Shown here: positions 9,134 through 17,214 of the stretch, piece after piece | Layout of the letters: every line of letters starts with the position of its first letter | How positions within the stretch are numbered: position 1 is the first letter of the stretch | Source of the DNA: Patescibacteria group bacterium | GTDB taxonomy: Bacteria > Patescibacteriota > JACPGU01 | Direction of reading: 5' to 3' | Assembly: GCA_041675145.1 (NCBI GenBank) | Contig: JBAYUK010000001.1 | Coordinates: forward strand, 378,283 to 428,244 | DNA: 49,962 bases | Program-made: the position numbers and the translations under genes | Notes under the pieces: generated by a model | What the model was told of the DNA's origin: nothing | Database searches by the model: none | The model's input: only the letters and a program-made list of their open reading frames with translations

Positions 9134-9760
9134 ATGGTAACTCCAGAAGACATCGAGCGTGAGCTGGGTACATTTGAAGAACGAGATCAAAAGGCTCAAG
9201 TACTTGCCCAAAATCTCTATGAAATCTTGGAACAACTAGGCTATACTCCCTACAGTCCGGTATTTACCGGCACTACTCCAATGGAAAAAATCCAGAGTAT
9301 GGCAGATAACGAAGCGATTATAGAGTACAGGGCAAAAACTATAGACTCTATTCAGAAAAAACATGAACGGAGTGGCGATACTATAAACGAAATACTCGAT
9401 ACCCTTGGACTACTCGTTGTTGTTTCAACAATTAAGAAGGCCGAACAGTGTGCGCTCCATATTCACAATAACCTCTGGGATCACCCAACGAAAGAACAAA
9501 TGACCCTTAGAAATGGGTCACTTATCTTTGCGCCGTACCGTGACTACCGTAAACGAGACTGGGAGGGAGTAAGTCCCCTAACTGATCCTGACTACCGAGA
9601 TGTTATCAATATAAATCGAAGTGTTGATGGTAGGGTCATTGAAGTGCGAATCATGAGCCATGACATGTTTCTTCGTTACAACGGTGAAGGAAGAGTGGGA
9701 CATAGGGCATTTAAAAAACGCCAAGAAGAACTTTTGAGACAAAAAAAGGCGGCCGAGTAG
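9134..9760 (+). CDS. Stand-alone RelA/SpoT-type nucleotidyltransferase (small alarmone synthetase-like)
   Basis: RAKTIDSIQKKHER (RxKxxxSxxxKxxR), DTLGLL (DxxGxR-like), RDY...DYRDVI, EVRIMS (EIQIRT-like), GHRAFK (AHxxYK-like). Confidence 0.75.
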   Translation: MVTPEDIERELGTFEERDQKAQVLAQNLYEILEQLGYTPYSPVFTGTTPMEKIQSMADNEAIIEYRAKTIDSIQKKHERSGDTINEILDTLGLLVVVSTIKKAEQCALHIHNNLWDHPTKEQMTLRNGSLIFAPYRDYRKRDWEGVSPLTDPDYRDVININRSVDGRVIEVRIMSHDMFLRYNGEGRVGHRAFKKRQEELLRQKKAAE

Positions 9761-9769
9761 GCCGCCTTT
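9745..9769. terminator. Hairpin terminator between convergent SAS-like and SAH-like genes
   Basis: AAAGGCGGCC-gagta-GGCCGCCTTT. It contains the SAS stop codon; the A7 run at 9741-9747 gives a U-tract on the minus strand. Confidence 0.7.
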
Positions 9770-9788
9770 GACGATTTCGCTAGAGAAT

Positions 9789-10475
9789 CTAGGCAGTGGG
9801 AGCTGCCTTAATGAGTTCGAGCGCTGCGTGCTCGAAATCCCGAATTGCATTTTCAAAGAGTCCCGCTTTTTTCCAAGCTGAGTTGTAGACCTGAATTTGA
9901 AACACCGCCAGCTCTAGCCGGCGCTTTGGCTCAACTTGCTTAGAGTTGAGATTGTCCATGCGGTCGTGAAATTTGATCCACTGAAGAATCGGATGAGGTG
10001 CGATGCGCGCAAATTTCCTCTCCAGCACATCCGGCCAAAGCTCATCCTCCGGTGGTGGCATATCAGTCAAAAGGGTCGTCAAATGAGCTAACTCCTCCCC
10101 GATATGAGCAACAACCTCTTCGAAAGTAGCCGTGGTCTCCTCGAAGATGTCGTGAAACAGAGCGATTAATACCGCCTCCCTAGTCCGGTAGGAGCGGTTG
10201 CCACCACTCTTTCCGTAGCTAGAGCGATCATGCCAGCGAGCAGTCTCACAGGCCACTCGAAGTGAGTGGTTGAAGTACAGCTCGTTTGCTTCTCGGCGCC
10301 TGTTGGTAGTTTTAGAACGGAGGTAGTGAGCCCCGTACGCAAACCCGAAAGCAAGATGAAACTGGTACCTAAGGTCTTCGGTCTCCATGTCAAGTAGAAC
10401 CTCAAGATCATCCAGTATTTCGTTAGCGAAATCTCGTTCAGACGATGAAATAGTACTGGGAAATAAGTCTCCCAT
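9789..10475 (-). CDS. Stand-alone HD-domain (p)ppGpp hydrolase-like protein (small alarmone hydrolase/Mesh1-like)
   Basis: AYGAH...RRREANELYFNHSLRVA, ALFHDIFEET, FEEVVAHIGEELAHL...LTD, IKFHDRMDNL match SpoT HD motifs. ATG 10475 has AAGGAGG upstream. Confidence 0.8.
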   Translation of the reverse strand: MGDLFPSTISSSERDFANEILDDLEVLLDMETEDLRYQFHLAFGFAYGAHYLRSKTTNRRREANELYFNHSLRVACETARWHDRSSYGKSGGNRSYRTREAVLIALFHDIFEETTATFEEVVAHIGEELAHLTTLLTDMPPPEDELWPDVLERKFARIAPHPILQWIKFHDRMDNLNSKQVEPKRRLELAVFQIQVYNSAWKKAGLFENAIRDFEHAALELIKAAPTA

Positions 10476-10678
10476 AAGATCCTCCTTGTGCGCTATGCGC
10501 GATGTAGTATGTGACTTTCGGTTTGAAATGTACACTATCCCGTAACTACAGGATGAATTGCGAATAATAAGATTATATAACTATTAATGATAAAAGTAAA
10601 TAATATCTTGTAGTTATAGTGGTTTGATTGTATAATTAAATAAACACTCGCACCCGAACAACTAAAAAGGAGTAGGCA

Positions 10679-11062
10679 ATGAGTAATGAACCTAAACCCA
10701 TCATTCTCATTGCTGAGGATGATCCAGATATAGTCGAGCTGATGAAAGCTCAAATAGAAATGGAGGAACTTGCACAATTCGACTTCATTTTCACAGACAC
10801 CATCGCCCACACGGTACTCCAGTTCATGCTAAGCCGTGACCAGATCACCTTTATCGCGCTGGATGGGATCTTAAAGGAACGACTTATTAGAACTTTTGAG
10901 CTTCCGAAGATGTTTCGCTGGTTTGGGTATGAGGGACCAATCGTTGCCATTTCAAATGGGTTTCGTGAGCAACAGATTCTGCATGGATGCGACACTCTGC
11001 CTTCCTGCCCTAAAAAAGAACAACTAATCCAAGTCATTTCAGACTGGGCCAAGAACTTATGA
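10679..11062 (+). CDS. Single-domain response regulator receiver (CheY-like)
   Basis: ILIAEDD, IALDG (phospho-Asp), PIVAIS, PKK motifs; AAAAGGAG SD upstream. Confidence 0.75.
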   Translation: MSNEPKPIILIAEDDPDIVELMKAQIEMEELAQFDFIFTDTIAHTVLQFMLSRDQITFIALDGILKERLIRTFELPKMFRWFGYEGPIVAISNGFREQQILHGCDTLPSCPKKEQLIQVISDWAKNL

Positions 11063-11089
11063 ACCCGCCGACTCTTTCGGCGGGTTTTT
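11062..11089 (+). terminator. Intrinsic terminator
   Basis: AACCCGCCGA-ctctt-TCGGCGGGTT followed by TTT. Confidence 0.8.
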
Positions 11090-11096
11090 CTTCACC

Positions 11097-11125
11097 TTGA
11101 AGATACGCCACCTGTAAGGTATACT
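11097..11125 (+). promoter_or_regulatory. Sigma70 promoter giving a probable leaderless mRNA
   Basis: TTGAAG(11097)-17 nt-TATACT(11120), then 6 nt to ATG 11132. Confidence 0.6.
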
Positions 11126-11131
11126 AGAGGC

Positions 11132-11515
11132 ATGGATTTTCTCAACTTCTTCGAACCAGACCGGGTTATTGAAAACATCGCAAAAATAGTCCATTGCCCG
11201 TTTTGTGCTGGGCATTACCAACCAGACGATATCCATATTATGGCACGACTCGACACCAACTACGTGGCTCATCTGTTATGTACAGAATGCGGGGCAGGTA
11301 TAATGGCAGGATTTTCTCATGCTCCTTCCAGTAGCCCAAAGAAGCCTACCGGGAGACTATCCCGAACTGATGTCAAAATAGACGAAATGATGGAGTTCGT
11401 CACCAAGGGCAGTATCGACACTGAAGACATGCTAAACTTCTACCAGACGCTAGGCTCATTTGATGGAAACTTCAAGAAGCTCTACAAGGTCCGACGCCCC
11501 AAAAACCACAAATAA
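11132..11515 (+). CDS. Hypothetical zinc-ribbon protein
   Basis: CPFC...CTEC pair; C-terminal IDTEDMLNFYQTLGSFDGNF. Confidence 0.7.
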   Translation: MDFLNFFEPDRVIENIAKIVHCPFCAGHYQPDDIHIMARLDTNYVAHLLCTECGAGIMAGFSHAPSSSPKKPTGRLSRTDVKIDEMMEFVTKGSIDTEDMLNFYQTLGSFDGNFKKLYKVRRPKNHK

Positions 11516-11593
11516 GCTGACAATAAGGGCTAACCCTTTACCAGATCACGAAAATACGATATACTAAAGACTAATTACTGATAATTACCTGTT

Positions 11594-12259
11594 ATGACTA
11601 CTTATTCTCTCGCTGCCCGGTTGCGCGATACCGCTAACCAAAATCTCACTACCTTACGCAACGACGCCCAGATTCCTGGAGTTGTGTATGGAAATGATAA
11701 AAAGAATATCAATATCTCAGTAGACAAGAAAGAATTCAACCGAGTTCTCTCTCAAGCTGGTGAAACCAGCATTATTGAGCTTACAGTTGATGGAGAGAAA
11801 ACGCCACGCAATGTTCTCACGCATGACCTCCAGCTCCACCCTATTTCTGACGACACGCTCCATATCGACTTCTTTGAGGTAAACATGACCGAGGAGATCG
11901 AAACAGAAGTACCGTTGAAGTTTGTCGGTGAATCTGCTGCCGTTGAAAACGAGGACGGAACACTTATTACCAACAAGTCAGAGATTACCGTGAAGTGTCT
12001 TCCTGGTAACATCCCTCATGAAATTGAAGTGGACTTGACCAAACTTGCAACATTTGAGGATTCTATTACGGTAGCAGACCTCGTTATGCCAACTGGCGTA
12101 AAGCTTATTACTGACCCTGAAGAAACTATTGCAATCGTAAACCCTCCGCGTTCTGAAGAAGAACTTGCCGGACTCGATGAAAAGGTTGAAGAGAATGTAG
12201 AAGCAGTTGCCGACGCTGTTGAAAAGGATAAGGAAGAGGAAGAACCAGCAGCAGAATAG
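11594..12259 (+). CDS. rplY: 50S ribosomal protein L25/general stress protein Ctc
   Basis: IPGVVYG, LQLHPISDDTLHIDFF, VPLKFVGES, NIPHEIEVDL and an acidic tail. Confidence 0.95.
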   Translation: MTTYSLAARLRDTANQNLTTLRNDAQIPGVVYGNDKKNINISVDKKEFNRVLSQAGETSIIELTVDGEKTPRNVLTHDLQLHPISDDTLHIDFFEVNMTEEIETEVPLKFVGESAAVENEDGTLITNKSEITVKCLPGNIPHEIEVDLTKLATFEDSITVADLVMPTGVKLITDPEETIAIVNPPRSEEELAGLDEKVEENVEAVADAVEKDKEEEEPAAE

Positions 12260-12291
12260 TACCGTACTACCATTACACATAACAAACACAC

Positions 12292-13320
12292 ATGGAAGAA
12301 GAACCACAACAAACCATATCCTACGACATATCCTGGATGAGCATCATCCGGGTTATTGTCGTTTTGTTTGGTGTGTATCTCTTGATCCGTCTATCTGATA
12401 TCTTTCTGATACTGTTTATTGTACTCATTCTCAACGCAGCGCTCTCTCCTGTTGTTGCAAAGATAAAGGCAAAACTCAATATCACAAGAATTCTCGCCAT
12501 CCTTCTTTTGTACCTTGGTATCTTTATTATTCTTGGTATTATTGCCTACCTTATTATCCCGCCAGTCATCGAGCAGATTCAAAGAATTTCAACTGACCTA
12601 CCAGGATATGCCAAGAAAATAGACGGATTGTTTGGACCGTTTATAAATCAAGACACCTTAACGAACCCGACTAACCTGCAGTCTGCCAGCTCTTCTATTA
12701 CGGGATTTGCAGATAGCCTCTTTAAGGCCGGTACCAGTTTCTTTGGCGGCATCGCTACCGCGTTTTATGTCTTGATCTTAACACTCTTCATGCTTCTCGA
12801 AGAAGATGCTATTCGTAAGTTCTTTGTACAACTCATTCCGATCTCACAAAAAGTATATATCCTTGAGATTACCACCAAGATTTCCGAGAAGATGGGACAC
12901 TGGGCACTGGGACAACTGTCGCTTATGGGAATTATTGGACTCTTGTCTGTTATTGGGTACTCCATTATTGGCCTACCGTATGCTCTTACCCTAGGAGTAC
13001 TGGCAGGGCTCCTTGAGCTTATTCCAACCATTGGACCAATTATTGCTGCCATTCCAGCAGTCTTTGTAGGCTTCCTCCAATCTCCTCTCCAGGGAGTTGC
13101 AACCCTGATCTTTGCTATCGCTATCCAGCAAATAGAGAACCAGTTCGTGGTACCAAAAGTGATGCAGAAGGCTATTGGCGTTTCTCCGTTCATTATCTTA
13201 ATTGCGTTCTTAGTAGGGTCTGAACTAGCTGGAATTTTAGGAGCACTACTCGCTGTACCAACGGTTGCTATTATCTCAGTCCTTACCAAAGAGTACCCCA
13301 ATATTCGTAAACGCATCTAA
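12292..13320 (+). CDS. AI-2E family transporter
   Basis: Multi-TM protein with ELIPTIGP, QQIENQFVVPKVM and SPFIILIA motifs. Confidence 0.92.
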   Translation: MEEEPQQTISYDISWMSIIRVIVVLFGVYLLIRLSDIFLILFIVLILNAALSPVVAKIKAKLNITRILAILLLYLGIFIILGIIAYLIIPPVIEQIQRISTDLPGYAKKIDGLFGPFINQDTLTNPTNLQSASSSITGFADSLFKAGTSFFGGIATAFYVLILTLFMLLEEDAIRKFFVQLIPISQKVYILEITTKISEKMGHWALGQLSLMGIIGLLSVIGYSIIGLPYALTLGVLAGLLELIPTIGPIIAAIPAVFVGFLQSPLQGVATLIFAIAIQQIENQFVVPKVMQKAIGVSPFIILIAFLVGSELAGILGALLAVPTVAIISVLTKEYPNIRKRI

Positions 13321-13631
13321 TGGATAAGATCTCGCAAGAAGATGTCGCAGAAGCTATTACCCGCGCGGGTCAAGGCACGGCATATATTCTCGATGTACGC
13401 GAAGACGATGAATGGGCAACCTCACATGCGGTAGGTGCCCATCTTTTTAGTATCAAGAAGATGGAAAAGGGGCAACTCCCCGATGTACCAAAGGATATCC
13501 CAGTATATACCTACTGTGGGTCAGGAGGTCGGGCTGGACGCGCAGCTATCATCTTGCAGAATCATGGATGGGAAGCAAAAAACCTTGGAGGCCTTCGTGA
13601 CTGGATTAAGGCTGGCGGAACAACAACATAA
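13320..13631 (+). CDS. Single-domain rhodanese
   Basis: ILDVREDDEW, YCGSGGRA active-site loop, NLGGLRDW. TAATG coupling to the upstream gene. Confidence 0.9.
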   Translation: MDKISQEDVAEAITRAGQGTAYILDVREDDEWATSHAVGAHLFSIKKMEKGQLPDVPKDIPVYTYCGSGGRAGRAAIILQNHGWEAKNLGGLRDWIKAGGTTT

Positions 13632-13680
13632 TATATTAATAATCGAAAAGGCATAAGCGCTTTTCGAGGAGGAAATTATC

Positions 13681-14109
13681 ATGATTAGTATTATCGTAAA
13701 CTACTGGGCGGTACTTATCGCTGTTGTTGTTACCCAGGCACTCGGAGCTTTTTGGTATTCCAATGTTGCATTTGGAAAAGTATGGAATAAAGACCTGGCA
13801 TTATCTGAAGCACAAGCCAAGCTCGCAAAAAAGAAGATGGGTCCAAGCGCTGCTATCTTTGCAGCTGTCTCACTTCTTTCAGCCTATACCCTTTCGCATA
13901 TTATCCAGTTTTCTATGTATACTCTTGGTGGGTCAGCGATGGTCTCTGGCCTTACCTCTGCACTCTGGATCTGGCTTGGGTTTGTAATGCCAGCCCAAAT
14001 CGGACTTGTGCTCTTTCAGGGTAAGTCGTGGCGCTTTTTTGCCATTAACACCAGCTACTCTCTGCTTGCCTACCTTATCATGGGCGCAATTATTGCGTAT
14101 TGGATCTAG
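13681..14109 (+). CDS. DUF1761-family membrane protein
   Basis: VNYWAVLIA...LGAFWYS...FGKVW, four TMs, FAINTSY. GAGGAGG SD upstream. Confidence 0.85.
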   Translation: MISIIVNYWAVLIAVVVTQALGAFWYSNVAFGKVWNKDLALSEAQAKLAKKKMGPSAAIFAAVSLLSAYTLSHIIQFSMYTLGGSAMVSGLTSALWIWLGFVMPAQIGLVLFQGKSWRFFAINTSYSLLAYLIMGAIIAYWI

Positions 14110-14146
14110 AAAGTACAATTGAACTAAGCTCATATGTAGCACACGA

Positions 14147-14192
14147 ATACATACATAAAAACCCGGGATACCCCGGGTTTTTATGTATGTAT
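14147..14192. terminator. Bidirectional terminator/long palindrome
   Basis: ATACATACATAAAAACCCGGG-atac-CCCGGGTTTTTATGTATGTAT, 21-bp perfect arms between convergent genes. Confidence 0.85.
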
Positions 14193-14196
14193 AAAT

Positions 14197-14544
14197 CTAT
14201 ATCGTTTTTTGGAGCGTCTCCAGCGCCAACAACGCACACTTGAGTCGGTTTGGGCTAAGCGGTATCTTTACGAGATCTAAAATGTCATGAGTAGTAAGCA
14301 TTGCAATCTGCGCTGTGGTCATTTTGTCATGAGCTATTTTCTCAAGCAGCATACTTGCAGAAGCCTGGGAGATAGCGCAACCCGTTCCAGTAAATGAGTA
14401 GTGCCCATTCTTTTCGTACATGCAGATTGTATCCCCGCAGGTAACATTATCTTCACAATGCGTTATCTTCGCACCAGCAAGCTCCCCCTTATGTCGGGGA
14501 TTTTTAAAGTGATCAAGAATTTGTTGCTGGTAGATAAATTCCAT
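14197..14544 (-). CDS. sufU: SufU/IscU-type Fe-S scaffold/sulfur-transfer protein
   Basis: ILDHFKNPRHKG, NVTCGD, GCAISQASAS, RLKCALL motifs. Confidence 0.9.
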   Translation of the reverse strand: MEFIYQQQILDHFKNPRHKGELAGAKITHCEDNVTCGDTICMYEKNGHYSFTGTGCAISQASASMLLEKIAHDKMTTAQIAMLTTHDILDLVKIPLSPNRLKCALLALETLQKTI

Positions 14545-14548
14545 ATTA

Positions 14549-15094
14549 CTAGCTTGCTATATATTCCTCTAAATGCGTACCAACTAACAGTGCATCAGCA
14601 CCAGTCTTCACATCTTCCTTTGTCCTAATATTACTTGCTTGGCACAACCAACCCGGCCATATACTGCGCGCTTGTTCAAAGGTCTCTGTTTTATAGCCTC
14701 CGGTAGTAAGGTCTCGACTATTCCATACCACTTTTGTATTCGCTGGATAGCTCTGCATCTCAGCTACAGTGTACGGCTCAATAAGACACTTCTCTAGGTA
14801 GATTCCAGGAATTCTTCCCACTACCAATACCATATCTGCTCCCGCATCAAGTGCTTCTTGAACATCTTTATCAAGTGCATGGATACCCTTAGCGAGAATA
14901 GGCTTGGAAGTTCGTGATCGTGCCGTACGAATAAGGTCGAGTGAACCACCCCATCTCGAATCTGTATGAATGGAAAGGATATCTCCGTGTTGATTCGCAA
15001 GCTCAAATAGCTCGTCCCATGTCTTACTACTCTTCCAGCCAAAGGGAGAAAGTGTTTTTACTTCCGCAATAAAAAGCGGCCTGTTCTGTATCAT
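14549..15094 (-). CDS. Truncated, divergent indole-3-glycerol-phosphate synthase (TrpC)-like TIM-barrel protein
   Basis: FIAEVKTLSP, SIHTD..WGGS, PILAK, GADMVL, WNSRDL, ASNI, GADALLVG motifs. Only 181 aa; its ATG overlaps the sufS stop. Confidence 0.75.
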   Translation of the reverse strand: MIQNRPLFIAEVKTLSPFGWKSSKTWDELFELANQHGDILSIHTDSRWGGSLDLIRTARSRTSKPILAKGIHALDKDVQEALDAGADMVLVVGRIPGIYLEKCLIEPYTVAEMQSYPANTKVVWNSRDLTTGGYKTETFEQARSIWPGWLCQASNIRTKEDVKTGADALLVGTHLEEYIAS

Positions 15095-16311
15095 ACCCCA
15101 AATACTTCCTCTGCTTTACTAATGCCGGCTACCAGCGCCATCACATCCTCGCGGGTGTTATAAAGCGCGAAACTTGCCCGCACCGTAGCAGGGACATTCA
15201 GTTTATCATGCAAGATCATTGCACAGTGGTGTCCTGCTCGCACACACACTCCCATGTGGTCAGAAAGAATCTGAGCAAGGTCATGTGCATGAACTTCGCT
15301 ATGTACAAATGAGACAATAGTACCTTCAGGGGCAATCATAACTTTGATATGGCTATTCTTACTGAGTTGCTCTATAGCATACGCTGCGAGCTCTTTCTCA
15401 TGTATTAAAACGTCTGCACGGTTTAACGTACTTAAAAAGTCTATGGCAGCTGCCAGGCCTATAACTTCTGCAATAGGTGGTGTTCCAGCTTCAAACTTAT
15501 ATGGCGTATCGTTTGGAGTAAATCCAGTTAAGGTAACGGTCTTAATCATATCTCCGCCACCAAGAAATGGTGGCATAGCGTCTAAGATCCGTTTCTTTCC
15601 CCATAACACCCCAATACCAGTTGGACCGTACATTTTATGCCCTGAAAAAACAAAGAAGTCACACTTAAGATCCAACACGTTAACTGGCGTATGGACAACA
15701 AGCTGAGAGCCATCAATAAGGAGCTTAGCAGCTGGTGCGTGTTTCTTGCGCAAGCTATCGATTTTGCGAATATCGTTTACGGTTCCCAAAACATTTGACA
15801 TACCAGTAATAGCGATCATTTTTGTACGGTCGTTAAGTCTACGAGAAAAGGCGTCGTAATCCAGCTGGCCGTCATCATTAACCGGAACAAAGCGGATTTT
15901 AGCCCCACTCATGCCGGCTACCATCTGCCAGGGTACAATATTAGCGTGGTGCTCCATTTCTGACAAAACAATCTCATCTCCTGATTCCAGGTTCTCCATC
16001 CCCCATGAATAGGCCACAAGGTTAATGGCCTCAGTGGCATTTTTCGTAAAGACAATTTCCGATGCAGATGATGCGCCAATAAATGTTGCTACCTTCTCTC
16101 GAGCCGCTTCATATGCACTCGTGGCTTCTTCCGCAAGTACATGAACACCTCGATGAATATTAGCGTTGGTGTTGGTATAAAAATCGTCCATGGCTTTTAA
16201 AACCACTTCTGGCTTCTGGCTCGTTGCGGCGGTATCCAAATACACCAACGAACGACCGTTGATCTGACGAGAAAGGATCGGGAACTGAGATTTGATATCT
16301 GTACTATGCAT
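15091..16311 (-). CDS. sufS: SufS cysteine desulfurase
   Basis: YLDTAATSQKP, EHHANIVPW, FSGHKMYGPTGIG, FEAGTP, VRAGHHCA motifs. Confidence 0.96.
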   Translation of the reverse strand: MHSTDIKSQFPILSRQINGRSLVYLDTAATSQKPEVVLKAMDDFYTNTNANIHRGVHVLAEEATSAYEAAREKVATFIGASSASEIVFTKNATEAINLVAYSWGMENLESGDEIVLSEMEHHANIVPWQMVAGMSGAKIRFVPVNDDGQLDYDAFSRRLNDRTKMIAITGMSNVLGTVNDIRKIDSLRKKHAPAAKLLIDGSQLVVHTPVNVLDLKCDFFVFSGHKMYGPTGIGVLWGKKRILDAMPPFLGGGDMIKTVTLTGFTPNDTPYKFEAGTPPIAEVIGLAAAIDFLSTLNRADVLIHEKELAAYAIEQLSKNSHIKVMIAPEGTIVSFVHSEVHAHDLAQILSDHMGVCVRAGHHCAMILHDKLNVPATVRASFALYNTREDVMALVAGISKAEEVFGV

Positions 16312-16315
16312 ATAA

Positions 16316-16621
16316 TTAGGTAATGTCGACCATGACTGAGTCGCCTTGTATGGTAACTGGATAAATTTTTATAGGAAGTGTTGCGGGTAAGCCTCTCACA
16401 GCACCGGTGGTAATGTCAAACTTCGAGCCGTGTTCAGGACACTCTACCCAGGTTCCTTCCATATACCCCTGGGATAACGGAATCTTCTGGTGACTACATT
16501 CGTCTTGGGTAGCGTAAAAACGCCCTTCAACATTGTAGATGGCGAGGCGAATACCCTGAACTGTAAACTCCTCTATCTCACCTATTTTCACCTGATTTGT
16601 TTTGCATGCTTCGTATAACAT
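16316..16621 (-). CDS. Rieske [2Fe-2S] ferredoxin
   Basis: CSHQ...CPEHGSKF Rieske motif. Confidence 0.92.
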   Translation of the reverse strand: MLYEACKTNQVKIGEIEEFTVQGIRLAIYNVEGRFYATQDECSHQKIPLSQGYMEGTWVECPEHGSKFDITTGAVRGLPATLPIKIYPVTIQGDSVMVDIT

Positions 16622-16629
16622 AAAAAGAG

Positions 16630-17214
16630 TTAGGTTGTTTTTCCAAGAAAGGTATTCAGCAGTGTTGCTCGCGCTAGCTCCGGGCTCATGCCACGCGCCT
16701 GCATATAGTATACCTGATTATAATCCACATGGCCGACAGAAACGCCGTGACTAGCCTGCACAATGTTTGATTCATGGATTTCTAGGGCAGGAATCGCCAT
16801 GACCTGCGCTGTTCCGGTGTCTTTTAAAAAGTCTGCTCGGTACAGGGTATCAGTACCCGTTGCTCCTGGCTGAATCTGGATTACTCCACGACAGTCAATG
16901 AGCGCTGTACCTGACCCAACACCTCTCATCTCAGCTAAACAGTCGGTGTCTTTCCCGCTGTGGGCAATTATAAGGCGCATCTTGACCACCGAGCTACCCG
17001 TTGCTTCTAGTACACCAGTAAACTCACCGGAACTGCGATCTCCTTGAAAAATTAGGGAGATTTCTTGGTCTACTGACACATCTGGAAGAACACTATATGA
17101 GATAGCAGCACTGGTGTCTGCTTCAAACGTAACTACGATCTTTGGCACATCAAGCGGGAGAACAATTGTTTGCCCCTGCTCTCTCACCGTAATGTTCATT
17201 GCTTGTGTATTCAT
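16630..17214 (-). CDS. sufD: Short SufD-like Fe-S assembly protein
   Basis: AIPALEIHESNIVQASHGVSVG...YYMQARG, typical of the SufD C-terminus; only 194 aa. Confidence 0.8.
   Translation of the reverse strand: MNTQAMNITVREQGQTIVLPLDVPKIVVTFEADTSAAISYSVLPDVSVDQEISLIFQGDRSSGEFTGVLEATGSSVVKMRLIIAHSGKDTDCLAEMRGVGSGTALIDCRGVIQIQPGATGTDTLYRADFLKDTGTAQVMAIPALEIHESNIVQASHGVSVGHVDYNQVYYMQARGMSPELARATLLNTFLGKTT

Noticed and set aside
12765-13316. 183-aa minus-strand ORF
   Set aside because: Antisense to the AI-2E transporter, with no independent signals.
14549-15094. Assigning the gene symbol trpC
   Set aside because: Truncated, with an altered ESG motif and no trp context, so function is not assured.
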